A stretch of DNA of 64,000 bases from Neophaeotheca triangularis. Taxonomy: Eukaryota. Below, piece after piece: positions 24,227 to 37,344 of this stretch. The notes under the pieces are model-generated. The model did not search any database. It was not told the DNA's origin and saw only the letters and a program-made list of their open reading frames with translations. The stretch's first letter is position 1. Each line of letters opens with the position of its first letter. The position numbers and the translations under genes are program-made. The stretch lies in the NCBI GenBank assembly GCA_054600435.1, contig BAAIJX010000009.1, positions 558,001 through 622,000 of the forward strand, given 5' to 3'.

Positions 24227-26153
24227 ATGCAATGGCTTCTCAACCTGCTCGTAGCGCTCTTCGCTGGTCGCTGCATAGTAGCCCAGGATCATCTCCAAAA
24301 ACCTCTCGTAGGTCAGAAGAAGCCACCAAATATCATCTTTTTCTTGACCGATGATCTCGATCTACACATGGACTCCCTTTCGTACATGCCTCTCCTGAAG
24401 AAGCATTTGACAGACAAGGGAACTTCATTTAATCGACACTATTGCACAGTCTCCTTATGCTGTCCGTCCCGCGCCAGCCTCTGGACTGGCCAACATGCCC
24501 ACAATACAAACGTGACAGAGCTAAGGCCGCCGTGGGGAGGGTATCCCAAATTCGTCAGTCAAGGCTACAACGAAGACTATCTCCCTGTATGGCTGCAAGC
24601 TGTGGGCTACAGTACCTACTACGCGGGCAAGTTCCTCAACTCGCAAAGCGTGGACAACTACAACGACCCTCACGCGGCTGGTTGGACAGGATCTGATTTT
24701 CAACTCGACCCTCATACTTACGAGTACCTGAATGCCACTTTCCAGCGTAATCACGATCCTCCTGTGAGCTACGAGGGGCAATACTCGACTGATGTGCTCG
24801 CGGACAAAGCTCACGGCTTTCTCACGGACGCCCTTGACTCGGAAACCCCGTTCTTCTTCACGATTGCACCGGTAGCTCCCCACGCTAACGTCAAACACTG
24901 GACCGAACAAGTCGACGGCGAACCAGTGGCCCGCTCCGATATAGGACCTGCAGTATCAGCCGAACGACACAAACATCTCTTTGAGGACGTGACGGTTCCT
25001 CGTACGCCAAATTTCAACCCGAATGAGGTAGGCAACGATGTACTTTCCAGTCCAAGAGCTCTGCTGATGCATTATAGCCAAGCGGCGTATCGTGGATATC
25101 GAGGCTGCCACAGCAGAACCAGACGAACGTAGATTATAACGACGGCTTCTACAGAACTAGACTCCAGTCATTGCAGTCGGTGGACGAGATGATCGACAGC
25201 GTGACGACTCGACTCGAACAAGCTGGCGTACTCGACAACACTTATATTTTCTTCTCAAGCGACAACGGCTTCACCATCGGCCAGCATAGAAGACAACCCG
25301 GCAAACAAAGCGCATTCGAAGAAGATGTCTCCGTACCGCTCATTGTCCGCGGTCCAGGTGTATCAGAGGGCATGGCTACCAACATAGTCTCCTCACACAT
25401 CGACCTAGCCCCTACCTTCTTAAGACTAGCCGGTGCAGAAACTCGCCAATCGCTCGACGGTCTCGCCATCCCTCTCCACCGTCCCGAGATTGAAGAAGCT
25501 CAATCTACCCGCCAAGAAAACGTCAACATCGAACACTGGGGCATAACAATGAGCGAAGGAAAGTACGACAAAGTCCTCCACACCAACCACACCTACAAAG
25601 CCCTACGCCTGGCAGGCCAAACTCACAATCTCCTCTACACCGTCTGGTGCAGCGGCGAGCACGAACTCTACGACCTCAACGTAAGCCACCGCGTCCACAA
25701 ACCCGCCACAAAGAGATACTAAGCCCACATCTACAGCGCGACCCTTACCAAATGCACAACCTCCACGCCCTCGACCACTCGACTCCCTATCACCCCTCCT
25801 CCCCCTCCCAAAACAACACCATTCCTCCCACAACCCTCGCCCGCCTCCTCCCCCGCCTTGACACCCTCCTCAAACTCCTCAAAACCTGCCGCGGCTGGGA
25901 ATGCACGCACCCCTGGGAGCAACTCCACCCGCTCGGCGGCGTGCACTCGCTGACGAAAGCTTTGCAACCGCGCTTCGACAGTTTCTACGAAGAGCAACAG
26001 GAGCGCATTCGGTTCGAGAAGTGTGAGCTCGGTTTTATACCGGAGAGTGAGGGCCCGGTTTGGGATGGGAGGGGGTTTGATGGGGAGGAGATGTTGGGGG
26101 TGGGGTTGGAGGATCTGGTACAAGGGGGTGAGGGTTGGAGTCAGTTTGTTTGA
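24227..26153 (+). CDS. Secreted arylsulfatase (formylglycine-dependent sulfatase)
   Basis: Signal peptide, PNIIFFLTDD, the CCPSR formylglycine motif, YAGKFLN, SSDNGF and HIDLAPT. Introns 25028-25077 and 25681-25736. Confidence 0.94.
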
Positions 26154-26432
26154 GCAAGAGTGCGCATGGCGGGTGGCGCTTTGTTGGTTGCTTTGTCGAC
26201 AAGACTGGTGGGCTGAGGTATGTTTAGTTTTTGTAAGCTATGTCGTGCAGTAAGGCTGTTGAAAGAGGAGTGTTGCCACTAGAGAAGCGAATCAAGAATC
26301 CCAGCATATCATATCATATCATATCATATCAAGAAACCCAACGTCCGTCCGTCTCAGAGTGATGAAGAAAAGGCTCGTCACAATTCCGCTGCTCTTGCCT
26401 CTGCGCTGCCACGTCCCTGCTAAGCGACTCTG

Positions 26433-27435
26433 CTACAAAGCCGTGTCAACGATGAACCTCGCGGCCTCTTGCGCATTGCTGCCGTAAGACAAGTGGCCAC
26501 CGGAAGTCGTGGAGCCGCCACGGGAGCAGATGGAATCCGTAGAACCGCAGATTTGCTTGATGTTGCCGCGGGGCACGCTGCCGACGGCTTGGCCGTTGAG
26601 GGGGTCGCCTGCAAGAAAGAAAAGAGAAGAGAGAGACGTTAGCTTCGTGGTTTCGGTTTCGGTTTCGGTTTCTTTTTCTTTTTTGTCCTTTTTCGTCAAC
26701 GAAATTGGAATGGGGGGATTTGGCAACTCACCGAACAAGACGGCAGCTGCGATATCGCCACTGCTCGACGCGGCGCGGTGGACGACGCAAGCGCCCTGCG
26801 AATAGCCCGATAGCACGATGCGGGTGTTGGGGCAGCGCTGGCGGGCTGCCGAAGCTAGACTGGCCATTTCCGAGCTGCCTTGCTGGCCGCAGTTGAAGTT
26901 CCCCGCCGATGAGGCCGGGTAGTCGACGCCTTGCAGCGTGACGCCCGTCGCGCCCAGCGAGGAGATGAGTTGCTGGAACATGGGGGGACCGGCGATGCTG
27001 CCGATGTTGCCGGGCTCGCTCGTGCCGCGGGCGAAGATGACGGTTAGGGGTGTGCAACCGTTGTTGTTGGCGACTATAGGGGGAAGGGGCAGGGGGTTAG
27101 TGGTGGTCATGGTCGGCGGGGGGGGGGAGGGGGTATTTGCGGTGTGGCGAAGGCTTACCGTCGTTGGCGGTGCTGCCACGGGTGTAGGAGCTGCGGCCAC
27201 CGGTCGAGCCGCCGCCGCTGCCGCCGCCGCTGGTTGGGGCGGGAGCGGGGTTGCCTGCTGGGGTTGTCGGAGCGGGGCTACCGCCGCCGATGGTCGTCGG
27301 GCGGATGCAGGGGTACGTGTAGCCGTTGAATACGCAGGTTGCGCGCTTCTCGATGCCGCGGTTCTCGAGGTCAGGAGGGGCGGCGTAGACAGCGGTGGCT
27401 AGAGTGGCCAGGACGGTTGTCGTGGAGAGCTTCAT
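26433..27435 (-). CDS. Secreted cutinase (CE5) with N-terminal extension
   Basis: Signal peptide; introns 27074-27158 and 26609-26731. Motifs IFARGTSEPG, LSGYSQGA (nucleophile elbow), VLFGDP, CGSTDSIC and HLSY. Confidence 0.94.
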
Positions 27436-30397
27436 TGTGGTAGTGGTTGAGTTTGATGACGAAGTAAATTAGTCTGCAATGTAGAAGTGAATGAAGTTGA
27501 CCTGTCAAAGGCTCAAAGAGAGAATGTAATGGATGGAGAGACGACGAATGTGCTTGCTTGGTTGAACGGTAGGAGGTTTTTGAGGGACCTACCTGCTCCT
27601 TTTAAGTTCTAACAATGGCCGGGCGGAGAATTTGGGTACTAATATCATACCACCATATCACCATGATATCGCGCACATGCGCCTTGGCTGATCCAGCCAT
27701 CCTTGTCCGAAGATCAATACATGTACTGCACTAGGAGTGGACGACCGAATACCAGCAGAGATAGATTGCGATGGATCTACATCCAGGGGAAGTAGCATCG
27801 AATGATACAACTGCGGGTGGTGGAATTGCGGGCCTGGCTGTTGGAAGCCCGTGGGTGTTCAGTCCTTCCATAGCCTTAACTTGCCTCCCGCATAGACACC
27901 AAGCCGGATTCAACGAGGCAAACCGGTGGCGTGTTTCGGAATGCCATGTTGGCGTCGAGGTTCGATCGTTCGACAGCTGTCAAAGTTGGTCCTCGCGCGG
28001 GCGGAAGGAAAGCACGAGGCTGGATCAAGGTTCGGTGGATAGGTACATGGCCGTTTCACATTGCTTGACTCGCTCGACCTCGGTTGTGCTGTTCTGAAGG
28101 AAACGTTTTGTTGGCTCACGCTGGCTCGCTAAAAGCAATCAAACCTTGGCTTTGGAGTCTTGAAAGGTTAATGAGTTCGGCTCGCCAATGTTTCTGCAGG
28201 GCCCTGCACTTGCAATTAATTTACAAGAGCTTGAACTTACTTATTGTATAGGGATTGGGCCTGCGGCCAACGCCAAGAGCAGCCTTTTGAGGTCGGCCAG
28301 AGGCTCTCGAACCAAGATGATGGTATACAAGACGTGCAAATCTAGCCCAAATCGGAGAACTGAAATTCACTGATCAATGGGCTCTGGAAAGCGAGAAAGT
28401 CCCGGTGCAGGTCACCTTGTTAGCTACAGTAGCAATGCTTTCCGGGCGACGTTAGTCGCATCACTCCAACGCAAGGTCGATGGCCGTCCCATTGTTGTAC
28501 CATTGTGAGCGTTCACGGAGAGCAGCCCGTTGATGATAGAGGGCGTTCAGGGTTCCATGAGCAACCTACCAAGGTAGTCCGGCCACAGATTTGAAGGCAA
28601 GGCCGGGGATGTGGATGGTGCCTTGGCGTGGAAGATGTGAGTGGATCTTTCGAAGGTGATCGACATGGTGAGGTATTATTGTTTGATGGGACCGACTTGT
28701 GAAGGCCACAGTTCTGGGCTGACTCTGAGGTTTGGCGCACCGAAGACCTACCGCGATGCGGTACTGGTGGCAAATGTAGTGTTCCGATTCGTCGTGTTGC
28801 GACCTGGGAAATGGAGGAAAGCGAGCGAATATACCGTATCCGAAGAGGTGCCGCCTGCGCGTGGGGGTTACCAGGTAGGGTGCGGGAGTAGACCCGTCTA
28901 ATCTAATCTGCAAGTGAGGAAAAGGGGTTTAACAAAGGGTTTGAGTCAGAGCGACCAAAACGCAAGCCATTTGATGGATATGGAGCCCGCCAGCCGCCGG
29001 AGTGGCATGATGGAGTTGCGTACTCGGTAAGTTCTGCAACGGATGTGAGTGTCTTGAAAAGGGTGGTGCAGCGTGCTGCAACTGTTGGCCCAGCTTGAAC
29101 CCGACCACCACGCTTCAATTTGCATACAGGTCAGACAGTAGTAATTGCACTGTTTGAGGCGTTAAGTGGCAGAGATTAGTGGTAATATAAGAGTGACCGC
29201 CATCACGCGCTTTGAAACACTATTGACAGCAGAGATTGGTCTTCTTCGGATCGTCTGGCCAAAAGCCTCAGGCAATGTGCGGGAGATGATGTGCCGTCTA
29301 CCTCTGCTCTACGGTCTTGTAATCATTCTTGTAATAGAAGGCTGCTTTGTGTGCCCTGGGTGCCATTGGCTTTTTGGCTGTCTTTCGTCTCCATATTAGG
29401 TACCTATGCAAACAGATGGCACGGCCAGACCATTTATCGTTGCACCTGACGGCGGCGTTCAAATGCACCACCTCATCACTTGCGGTGAGCCGGCGAGGCG
29501 CAACAGGTCGTCGTTGTTACCTTGCCAAGGTTCCTGCATCGTCCTGTCAACAAGACTACTATTCCTCTTTGTGTGTCCCACCCGTTGCTATGATAGCAGC
29601 AGTCAAAGTTTTGCATCTCAAGACTTCAGCAAGCTAATCGATACTAGGTTAAGAAGCCCACCGTAGCAAAGCGAAGCCGTGAACAGCCTCCGCGGAGCAG
29701 ACAGCGAATGGAAGACTGCATTCCGCGCTTACAGTTACCTACAGCATATACTTCTCCAAGGGAGCTGTAGGATTTGACTAGTATACTTATTCCTCCCTCC
29801 GGACAGCCTTACGGTGGCTCTTGGTGTCGCGGGTCGACAAATCATTCGACGGCGTAACTTACTATAGGTAGGGCTCTTGATCGCGAGCGCGCGAAGGATG
29901 GGCGAAGGATGCTTGGAAAAGGTGCACGTGGAGATGTGAGCGGCATCCGGGCCAACCACCCACTCACCACTCGACGAGGCTGTGTTGGCTGGCTCGGCGC
30001 TTTTAGAGTTGATGCGGGATGTGGAAGCTTAGATGGCGAGCGTCACTCCTAAAGTTTACTTCTTGCTCGGCTTGACCCCGATTCGAGAAGTGGCCAGCAC
30101 TACCCACCTACCACCTACCATTCGCACAATATGGACCGTCGGCCGCGGGGCGGACGCTTAGCATCTAGCAACAACACTTATGACACGCTCTGACCGTTTG
30201 CTGGTGTGGCGGGAAGCCGATAATAATAAGTGGGCTCCGGTATCTGGGGGAGACTCACAGACTACCCTGGCCTTCGGTGCGGGCTCCTGGCTAACGACCG
30301 TGAAGAGATCCCCTACTCTTACTCGCATTTCCTTTGTTCAGCTCGATTGGCAGCGCATATTCTACTACCCCTTTCCTACTACCAAAATTTCACAAAA

Positions 30398-31402
30398 ATG
30401 CGGCAAAGATACGCCTTGTCGTTGTGCGCTATCACTCTCCTTGCTTGCCTTTTCCTAGCCCGAGAACACATACAGGACCTTTCCGACATAGCAAGAACAT
30501 ACTCAACCTTCCACAAGCTCGAACGCAACATCTACAGCTACCCCAACCACGGGCAGGCTGAGCCCTCATCACCGCACGAGGAGCAACTAGCCCCCCGAAT
30601 CCTCCACCAAATCTTCCTTCAAGAAGGTCGCAACTCGACCCTAGACAAATACACTCCAGCCCGCCAAAGCTGCCAAAACATCCACCAAGACTGGGAGCAC
30701 ATGCTGTGGACCGACGCCAATGCCACCACTTTCGTCGCCGACTACTACCCGCACATCCTCCCGCACTACAAAACTTACCGCCAAACAATACAACGCACAA
30801 ACATCCTCCGCTACCTCCTCATTCACCATTTCGGCGGCGTCTACCTCGATCTAGACATCACCTGCCGCGTGCCCCTCGACAGCCTCACCCACCTTCCCTG
30901 GATAACCCCCGCCGCGCATCCCGCAGGCATCAACAACGCCTTCATCCTCGCCCGCTCCGGTCATCCTTTCCTCGACAAAGTGATCGCGGCCATAGCGGGC
31001 CAAGACCTCAACTGGGGGCTCCCATACGTCGAGAACATGCTCTCGACCGGCTGCATGTTCGTGACGAACCTCTGGATGGAATACGCGCGCCACGAGCGGG
31101 AGCACGCCCCCGAAGACAAGGTTTACTTGCTTGCGGACGAGAATGGGAACTTGGAGGGCCAGATGCTGCGAGGGGCGATTGTGACGCCGCTTTTCGAACA
31201 CGGCGGGGCGAGTAGCTGGCATGGATGGGATGCAGCGACTATCGTGTTGGTGGGGAAGCATTACCAGGCCGTGGCTGGCGTGGCTATAGCACTCGTCGTG
31301 GCCGGTGTACTCGCTCTGGGCGTGAAGCTGTTGAGGGGGTATGGGAGGCGGAGGAGAAGGAGTCTAGACGAGGAAGAGCAAGCGCTTTCGAAGGTTGGGT
31401 AA
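30398..31402 (+). CDS. Glycosyltransferase family 32 (SUR1/CSH1-like mannosyltransferase)
   Basis: N-terminal membrane anchor, PRILHQ, ILRYLLIHHFGGVYLDLD (DXD), HPFL, STG and SSWHGWDA, followed by a C-terminal transmembrane helix and basic tail. Confidence 0.88.
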   Translation: MRQRYALSLCAITLLACLFLAREHIQDLSDIARTYSTFHKLERNIYSYPNHGQAEPSSPHEEQLAPRILHQIFLQEGRNSTLDKYTPARQSCQNIHQDWEHMLWTDANATTFVADYYPHILPHYKTYRQTIQRTNILRYLLIHHFGGVYLDLDITCRVPLDSLTHLPWITPAAHPAGINNAFILARSGHPFLDKVIAAIAGQDLNWGLPYVENMLSTGCMFVTNLWMEYARHEREHAPEDKVYLLADENGNLEGQMLRGAIVTPLFEHGGASSWHGWDAATIVLVGKHYQAVAGVAIALVVAGVLALGVKLLRGYGRRRRRSLDEEEQALSKVG

Positions 31403-32394
31403 CAAATAAAAAAATAGAGGAGTGGTTTCGATTTGATACCCATGGCAAGGTGCATTCTTCTGGGGTTTGGTTTGGGTTCTATACAGCGCTGGCGTGGTTG
31501 TTTGGTCGGTCTGCGGACTATAAGACATTTGGACACGATGTGACGATTTGAATTTTTTATAATATAGGTATAGCGACATTCATTGGAAATTATCAGTGTC
31601 TTTGGAATGTTCCAGCTTGACGGTCTGTATTGTTATGGTACTCTAGCAACCTACACTGTCCTCCAGATTACCAACCGTGGCTCTTGAACTGGGGTCTAAG
31701 GTCGAGGGTACAAGACGTTTCGAGTAGCGGTGCACCACGGCGTGGCATACTCCTAGGCGGTTGAGATATGATAGAGCCGACAGTGACAATGACCACCAGA
31801 GTAGGTGCTTGTACCGGACGACAACGGCGACGTTTTGCTCACGGTAAACTTATTCTTTCTCATGATCTTATGCGTACCTTTGGGGACTGCATCGCTAGAT
31901 CCCCAACATTTCTCAACACACAGCACAACGCAGACACAACACAAACAGGAAAACCGAATCGCGCGTGCCTTCCTCTTTGAGCCGACCCAAAGGTCCAAGC
32001 TCAACTAGCTCGAGAGATGAATGTTCGGTAGGAATCCGTCCTCCCACTAGCGTCGAGCCCCAGGAAAGCCCCAGGAACGTCCCCAGATCGCGCTGACCGA
32101 AAGACCTCGGCAAAAGCGCAAGCGGCATCCATCCTCGAACGGTCAACTCATATCCCCATCTCATCACTCTCGTCCTCATCCTCGCCCACCCAATCCCTCG
32201 ACTGGAAAAGCCCGACTCCCAACCCACAAGCCTCATCCAACCACTCCATCCACTACCGCCTACACCCACCGCCACACCCTCGCTTCCCGCAACCTCAATC
32301 AAACACCGAGCGAGACAGCCGCAACCAAACGCCGACCTAGGCATCCCCCCCGCCTCCAAACCCGCAAAACCTACTCCCCAGCAAGCAAGCAACA

Positions 32395-32786
32395 ATGTCG
32401 AAGCAAATCACCGCCAACGAGGTCAAAGAGCACAACACCCCCGAAAAGGGCCTGTACATCATCATCGACAACGGCGTGTACGAGATGGGAGGGTTTGTGG
32501 ACGAGCACCCGGGCGGGGCGAAGATCCTCAAGCGCGTGGGTGGCAAGGATGCTAGCAAGCAGTTTTGGAAGGTGAGTTAGCTCTTTTTTTTTTCCCCCTC
32601 TCCTGCGGTGCGGGATGGGGGGTGTGGGTGGGTTGGATGTTGGATGGGGGTCTTGGTGGTGATTTCGTGCTTTTGCGCTCTGCTGACTTTTTGTCTCGTG
32701 TTTTGCAGTATCATAACGAGTCTGTTCTCAAGAAGTATCAGGATCGGCTGAAGATTGGCGATTTGAAGGAGGAGGCGAAGTTGTAG
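32395..32786 (+). CDS. Small cytochrome b5-like heme-binding protein ending in PTS1-like AKL
   Basis: Intron 32572-32708. YIIIDNGVYEMGGFVDEHPGG...GGKDASKQFWKYH supplies both axial His residues. Confidence 0.92.
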
Positions 32787-35021
32787 ATTGGTGTGGGTTT
32801 TGCTTTTGGGGCTGGTTCGCTGCTGAGAGAGAGAGGTGTATATATTCGAATTGGATACAATTGCTCTCTATCCTTTCCGCTTTGTCTTACGCCTGGACAC
32901 CGAATTACTTTTTCTTCTATCTCTCAGGCAAGCAGGCAGTAGCGCGGGCCGGTAGTAGGAGCTCGAAAATATGCATTCGCGCTCTTCTTCGTAAAACCCT
33001 CGCCTACCCTCTGTACTCTAAAAACTTCCGCTACATGGCTCAGTAATGTGCGAGACGAGTGGTTCCAGCAATTCAAGCTTATAATCGCTGTGAAGTATGC
33101 AGGCCAGCTTGATGGTTGACTTGGGACGCCCCTTGAAAGCCTAGACTGATGCAAAAGCAGACTGCCGCCGTTCATTCGGGGCGTGGGGCGAGGGGTCGAG
33201 CGTATGAGGTTGCTGCGATGGCGCGGTCTCCGGCATCAAGATTCAAGATTCAAGATTCAAGACCGGAGACACGTTAGGCACCGGCGCAGTTTATGCAATT
33301 TCTCTTTCTTTCGGTCATTCGACTGCCAGTATGGCTGACATGGTGTTTGGACATCTACGACCATCGTGATCGTTTCAGAATACTCACCCGCGAGGAGGGC
33401 TATGCCCTTCAGCTGCTGAGCATTTACTGTTTGACGTGGACGCCCTACTTGGCTGTTGTGATGAGCATGTTGTTGTGTTGGTAATCATTTACCTAGAGAC
33501 CCTGCGGGGAAATTATAGCATTGCTATCAATACCCGATTGAGCTGTGAAGACTACATCGTGTTTTCGTCACCATCACGTTCATCTCTTGGCCAGATGTAT
33601 ACGATACGGCTAACATTGTTCCCCAGGCCTGCACTCCGACTGACTTGGGGCACGCGGTACGAGGGTGTAGACGCTGTCAATAGGTAGACGCACGGAGGTT
33701 CGATGATTGTATTCCTAGCCGGGGAGACGCTGGAGAGACGACTGCCGTGTCGTTTGATACCCCACGGAATTTCTCCCACCCCGCTCCAATCCCGGCCTTC
33801 TCCATCGGAGCAGCGTGGGAACCTGATATTACTACGAGCCGGGCGGCGCGAGTCCGGATCGGCATTGCCATGCGCTCTTTCTGTAAAATTCCTGCCCGCA
33901 CGCGGCACGCCTCAAACCAAGGATAATTGGCAGCCGAGTCTGCCGGTCGGGTGAGCATTCTCCCGATATTCAGGCGAGTGGCGACTCGAGGGCAAGCAGC
34001 AGCGCTGCGTGGAAAGATGACACTGGAAACGGCACCGAGATCTCCAGCGCCAACGAGCCCTGGTCTGTAAGATGGTCGATATCGTCAAGCTCAACAGTAT
34101 GCGTGGCGTGAGCGTGGCATTTGGGCTTGGAAGTCTTGCTCGAGTTTTGCGGTGCTTGGTCCGCCACAAGCCGTGCCAATACGCCACCGCTCTGGGCGCC
34201 AACAGCCGGAGGCACTGCATCGCAACCTACAGGCGTCTAAGTGCAGAGTACTCTCTTGGACCTCGATTAGACGAGAAGCGGGCCAACACATCTTAATCAA
34301 ATGCAGATCGACTGTCAAGTTCAAGCAATAAAGTGAGGATGCGGTGTATGTAGCGCCCCCTCTTGCTCAATCATGGAACCCGGAGACAAGTCATGGCCAT
34401 TTCTTTTGCGCTTCAACCTACCTTAGGCACCTCCTAGACCCAGGCGTGCAGAGGGCCTCCTGTGAGTGGTCCGGCTAGCGCGTGGTGAGATCAAACCTTC
34501 GTCCCACGCTTAACCTCTGTGCTGGCCGAAACCTTTACTGTCGCGTGGCCCAACTCCAATCTCGCGAGGGTGGGAGTGATCAACTCCACTCGCACGCGAA
34601 ACCAGCAAACTGCCGCCAATCATTGCAGTAGATAGATCAAAATGGTCACCGCTGGGGCCATTGAAGCGGGCTTAACTACAGGCCGGCATGCCAAACTCAC
34701 CCACGTAAATGTATCCGTGGTAGGTACCCCGGACTCCAGTTTTTTAGCCGAATGATCACCCGCTGTTTGGACCACCCCCTCTGGAGCTATGATGTGGAGA
34801 TAGTCGACCTTCGATGTCATGCCGTCAAGGGTATCCGTGGGCGCCATGGCGCATGCGATGTTTTTAAAAGCTAAGCTTCTGCCGCGTTCTCTTCATTTCA
34901 CCCCTTGGACGACCTGCGAAGCTTCCTGGCAACCTCTTGAGCTCTTCCTTCGCATTCTTTACAGACCATACCTGCATTGCCGAGCTTCTTGGTGTTTCCA
35001 CGCCTTCGCCCAGCTGTCGAC

Positions 35022-37203
35022 ATGAACGACATTGAGAGTACCGCGACCGAAAAGGTCCATGTGGACAACCACAACGAGACGCTTCAGGATCATGAGATTG
35101 TGGGCGGCAAGGATGGTTCGAAAGAGGAGGCTATGCACTGGGGCGCTTTGACAGAAGAGGAACTCGTCATCGAGAAGAAGCTGCGGAAAAAGATTGACAT
35201 CCTCATCATGCCTTTGATCAGTATGTCATCCGACCGGTCCAATCGCGTTCTTTTAAAAGACTGTTGCTAATTTATCAATGTAGTGCTCATTTACCTCATG
35301 AACTGTATGTCAGCCCCGCGCAAGGCCGGAGAAACAGAAAGGAATCCTGTTATGGTTTGAGACTCCGCGATGTGAACCGATGCTGATTGACTCCAAACCA
35401 GACATCGACCGCAACAATTACGCAGCAGCACGACTTCAAGGACTTCCCGAAGACATTGGACTCGAACCGGACAGCTCGGAATACCAAGTCGGCCTCTCGA
35501 TTCTATTCGTCGGTTATGTGCTCATGCAAGTGCCCTCCAATCTTCTCCTGAACTACATGGGACGCCCATCGCTCTACCTTGGTGGCTTCACGGTTGCCTG
35601 GGGACTAGTATCGACTCTCACGAGCCAGGTCACGAACTACGGCGGAATCGTTGCTGCCCGCTTTATCCTCGGAGTGGTCGAAGCACCTTTCTTTGCCGGC
35701 ACTCTGTTTTATCTGTCCAAATGGTACTCGAAGAAAGAGCTGTCCTTCCGCATGGCGCTCTTTTATTCCGCCTCTCTCGTCTCAGGTGCATTCGGAAATC
35801 TTATTGCTGCGGGAATTTTGGATGGCATGGCAGGGGAGCTCGGGTATTCAGCATGGCAATGGGTAAGGCGCTTCCTTAAATTCTATATTTCCCTGCCAAG
35901 CTGACGGCGATCACTACAGCTTTACATCATCGAGGGTTCCATCACGATGTTCATTGGCGTTGTGGTGATGATTGTTCTTCCGGGTAAGAATTGAGCCCTT
36001 ATATCTATCGCCTGACTACAGGGCGGTTGAATAACCCCTTTTCGCGCCATACAAACGCTTACCCCAATAGACTTCCCTGACAGCTGGCGTGCCCTTTCGC
36101 CCGAAATGAAGCGCGTAGCCAACCGCCGGCTTGCTATCGACGCCGCAGAGGCCGATGTTGACGAAGCGGGCGGCATGAGCCAACTGCGTGGCGCGAAAGC
36201 CGCCTTCATGGATCCAAAGACCTACCTGCTCGCGATAGCATACCACGGCATTACAGGGGCTGCAGGTTTCCAGAATTTTTTCCCCACGCTGACGAGAGAG
36301 TTATATGACGACGATACGATTAGTCTTCTCCTTGTGGCTCCCCCTTACGTCTTCATGGTCTTCTACAGTTTGGGCCACTCTTGGGCCTCCGACCGGTTTC
36401 AAATGCGCTTCTGGTTCTTCGGTAAGTCGTTACGTTTCGTTGTTGGACAGAAAGATTACTTTGCTGACAATATTTAGTATACCCTATCCCAGTCACCATC
36501 CTCGGCTGCTTGCTCTACATGTTCGTCGACAATTTCGGTGGGAGATACGTCTCGTTCTTCTTCCTCAACTTTGTATTCGCGATGAACGCAACTGTGAGTG
36601 ATTGGGAAGCTTTCAGACTTTTTCCGGAGCTCAGAAGCTAATCTCAAATATCCTTAGTGCTACGCATGGATTTCCAACTCCATCCCTCGCCCACCAGCCA
36701 AACGTACGTCTTTCCAAAAAAACCATCTCCTCTTACCCCTTAGCTGCGCACCTGCACGACCACAGCTCTCCCAACCCTTTCCAAAGCTAACGTCGTCTCC
36801 CCCAGGTGCCGCGGCCCTCGCCTTCATAAACTCCGTCGGCAACGCCGCAAGCATCTGGACCCCCTTCACTTACACAGACAGCTCGGCACCACACTACCGC
36901 CCCGCCCTCGGCGTAGTCATCGGGCTCATGGTCGTCGCAGGCATCTGCGCGGTAATCCTGCGTCTCCTGCTACAGTATCAGAACAGGCAATTGGAGCGTC
37001 TGGAGAACTCCGATGCCACGCTGACGGACAAGGACATGGCGAAGTTGCGCAAGACGGCCGAGTTTGAGGATATTGATATCGCGACTGCTAGGCAGTTGCA
37101 GAAGGGGTATAGGTATGTTTTGACTTCTGAGCCGATGCGTTGCGTTGCGTAGTCTGTATGTGTGAATGGTTACTGACTAGTTTTGTGTAGGTACATGATC
37201 TAG
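35022..37203 (+). CDS. MFS transporter, anion:cation symporter (allantoate/nicotinate permease-like), 9 exons
   Basis: Exons approx. 35022-35220, 35284-35304, 35402-35862, 35920-35983, 36071-36421, 36478-36593, 36658-36702, 36806-37112 and 37191-37203. Motifs YLMNYIDRNN, QVPSN, RFILGVVEAPFF, WYSKKELSFR, WQWLYIIEG and LPDFP. Confidence 0.92.
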
Positions 37204-37344
37204 GAAACGAGCAGATGGGAATGGTGGGAGAGGATGTAGTCTTTGTACATGATATCGATATGTCCAGTTCTTCAATGTCACAATGAGCACTTTCAAGCCA
37301 TCCGCGTGACACACAGCGACCTTCACACATATGACTCCGCCACG

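Noticed and set aside
26609..26731. Apparent KKDKKEKETETETET insertion in the cutinase
   Set aside because: It is an in-frame intron (GTGAGT...GCTAAC...CAG) containing a microsatellite; splicing restores the conserved VLFGDP motif.
27436..30397. 3-kb gene-free interval as a hidden gene, transposon relic or telomerase RNA locus
   Set aside because: Only short ORFs without recognisable motifs, and no terminal repeats or CCCTAA-type template seen. It is most simply the shared upstream region of two divergent genes.
24227..37203. Arylsulfatase, cutinase, GT32, cytochrome b5 and MFS genes as a metabolic gene cluster
   Set aside because: No backbone enzyme, no coherent pathway, and long unrelated intergenic gaps.
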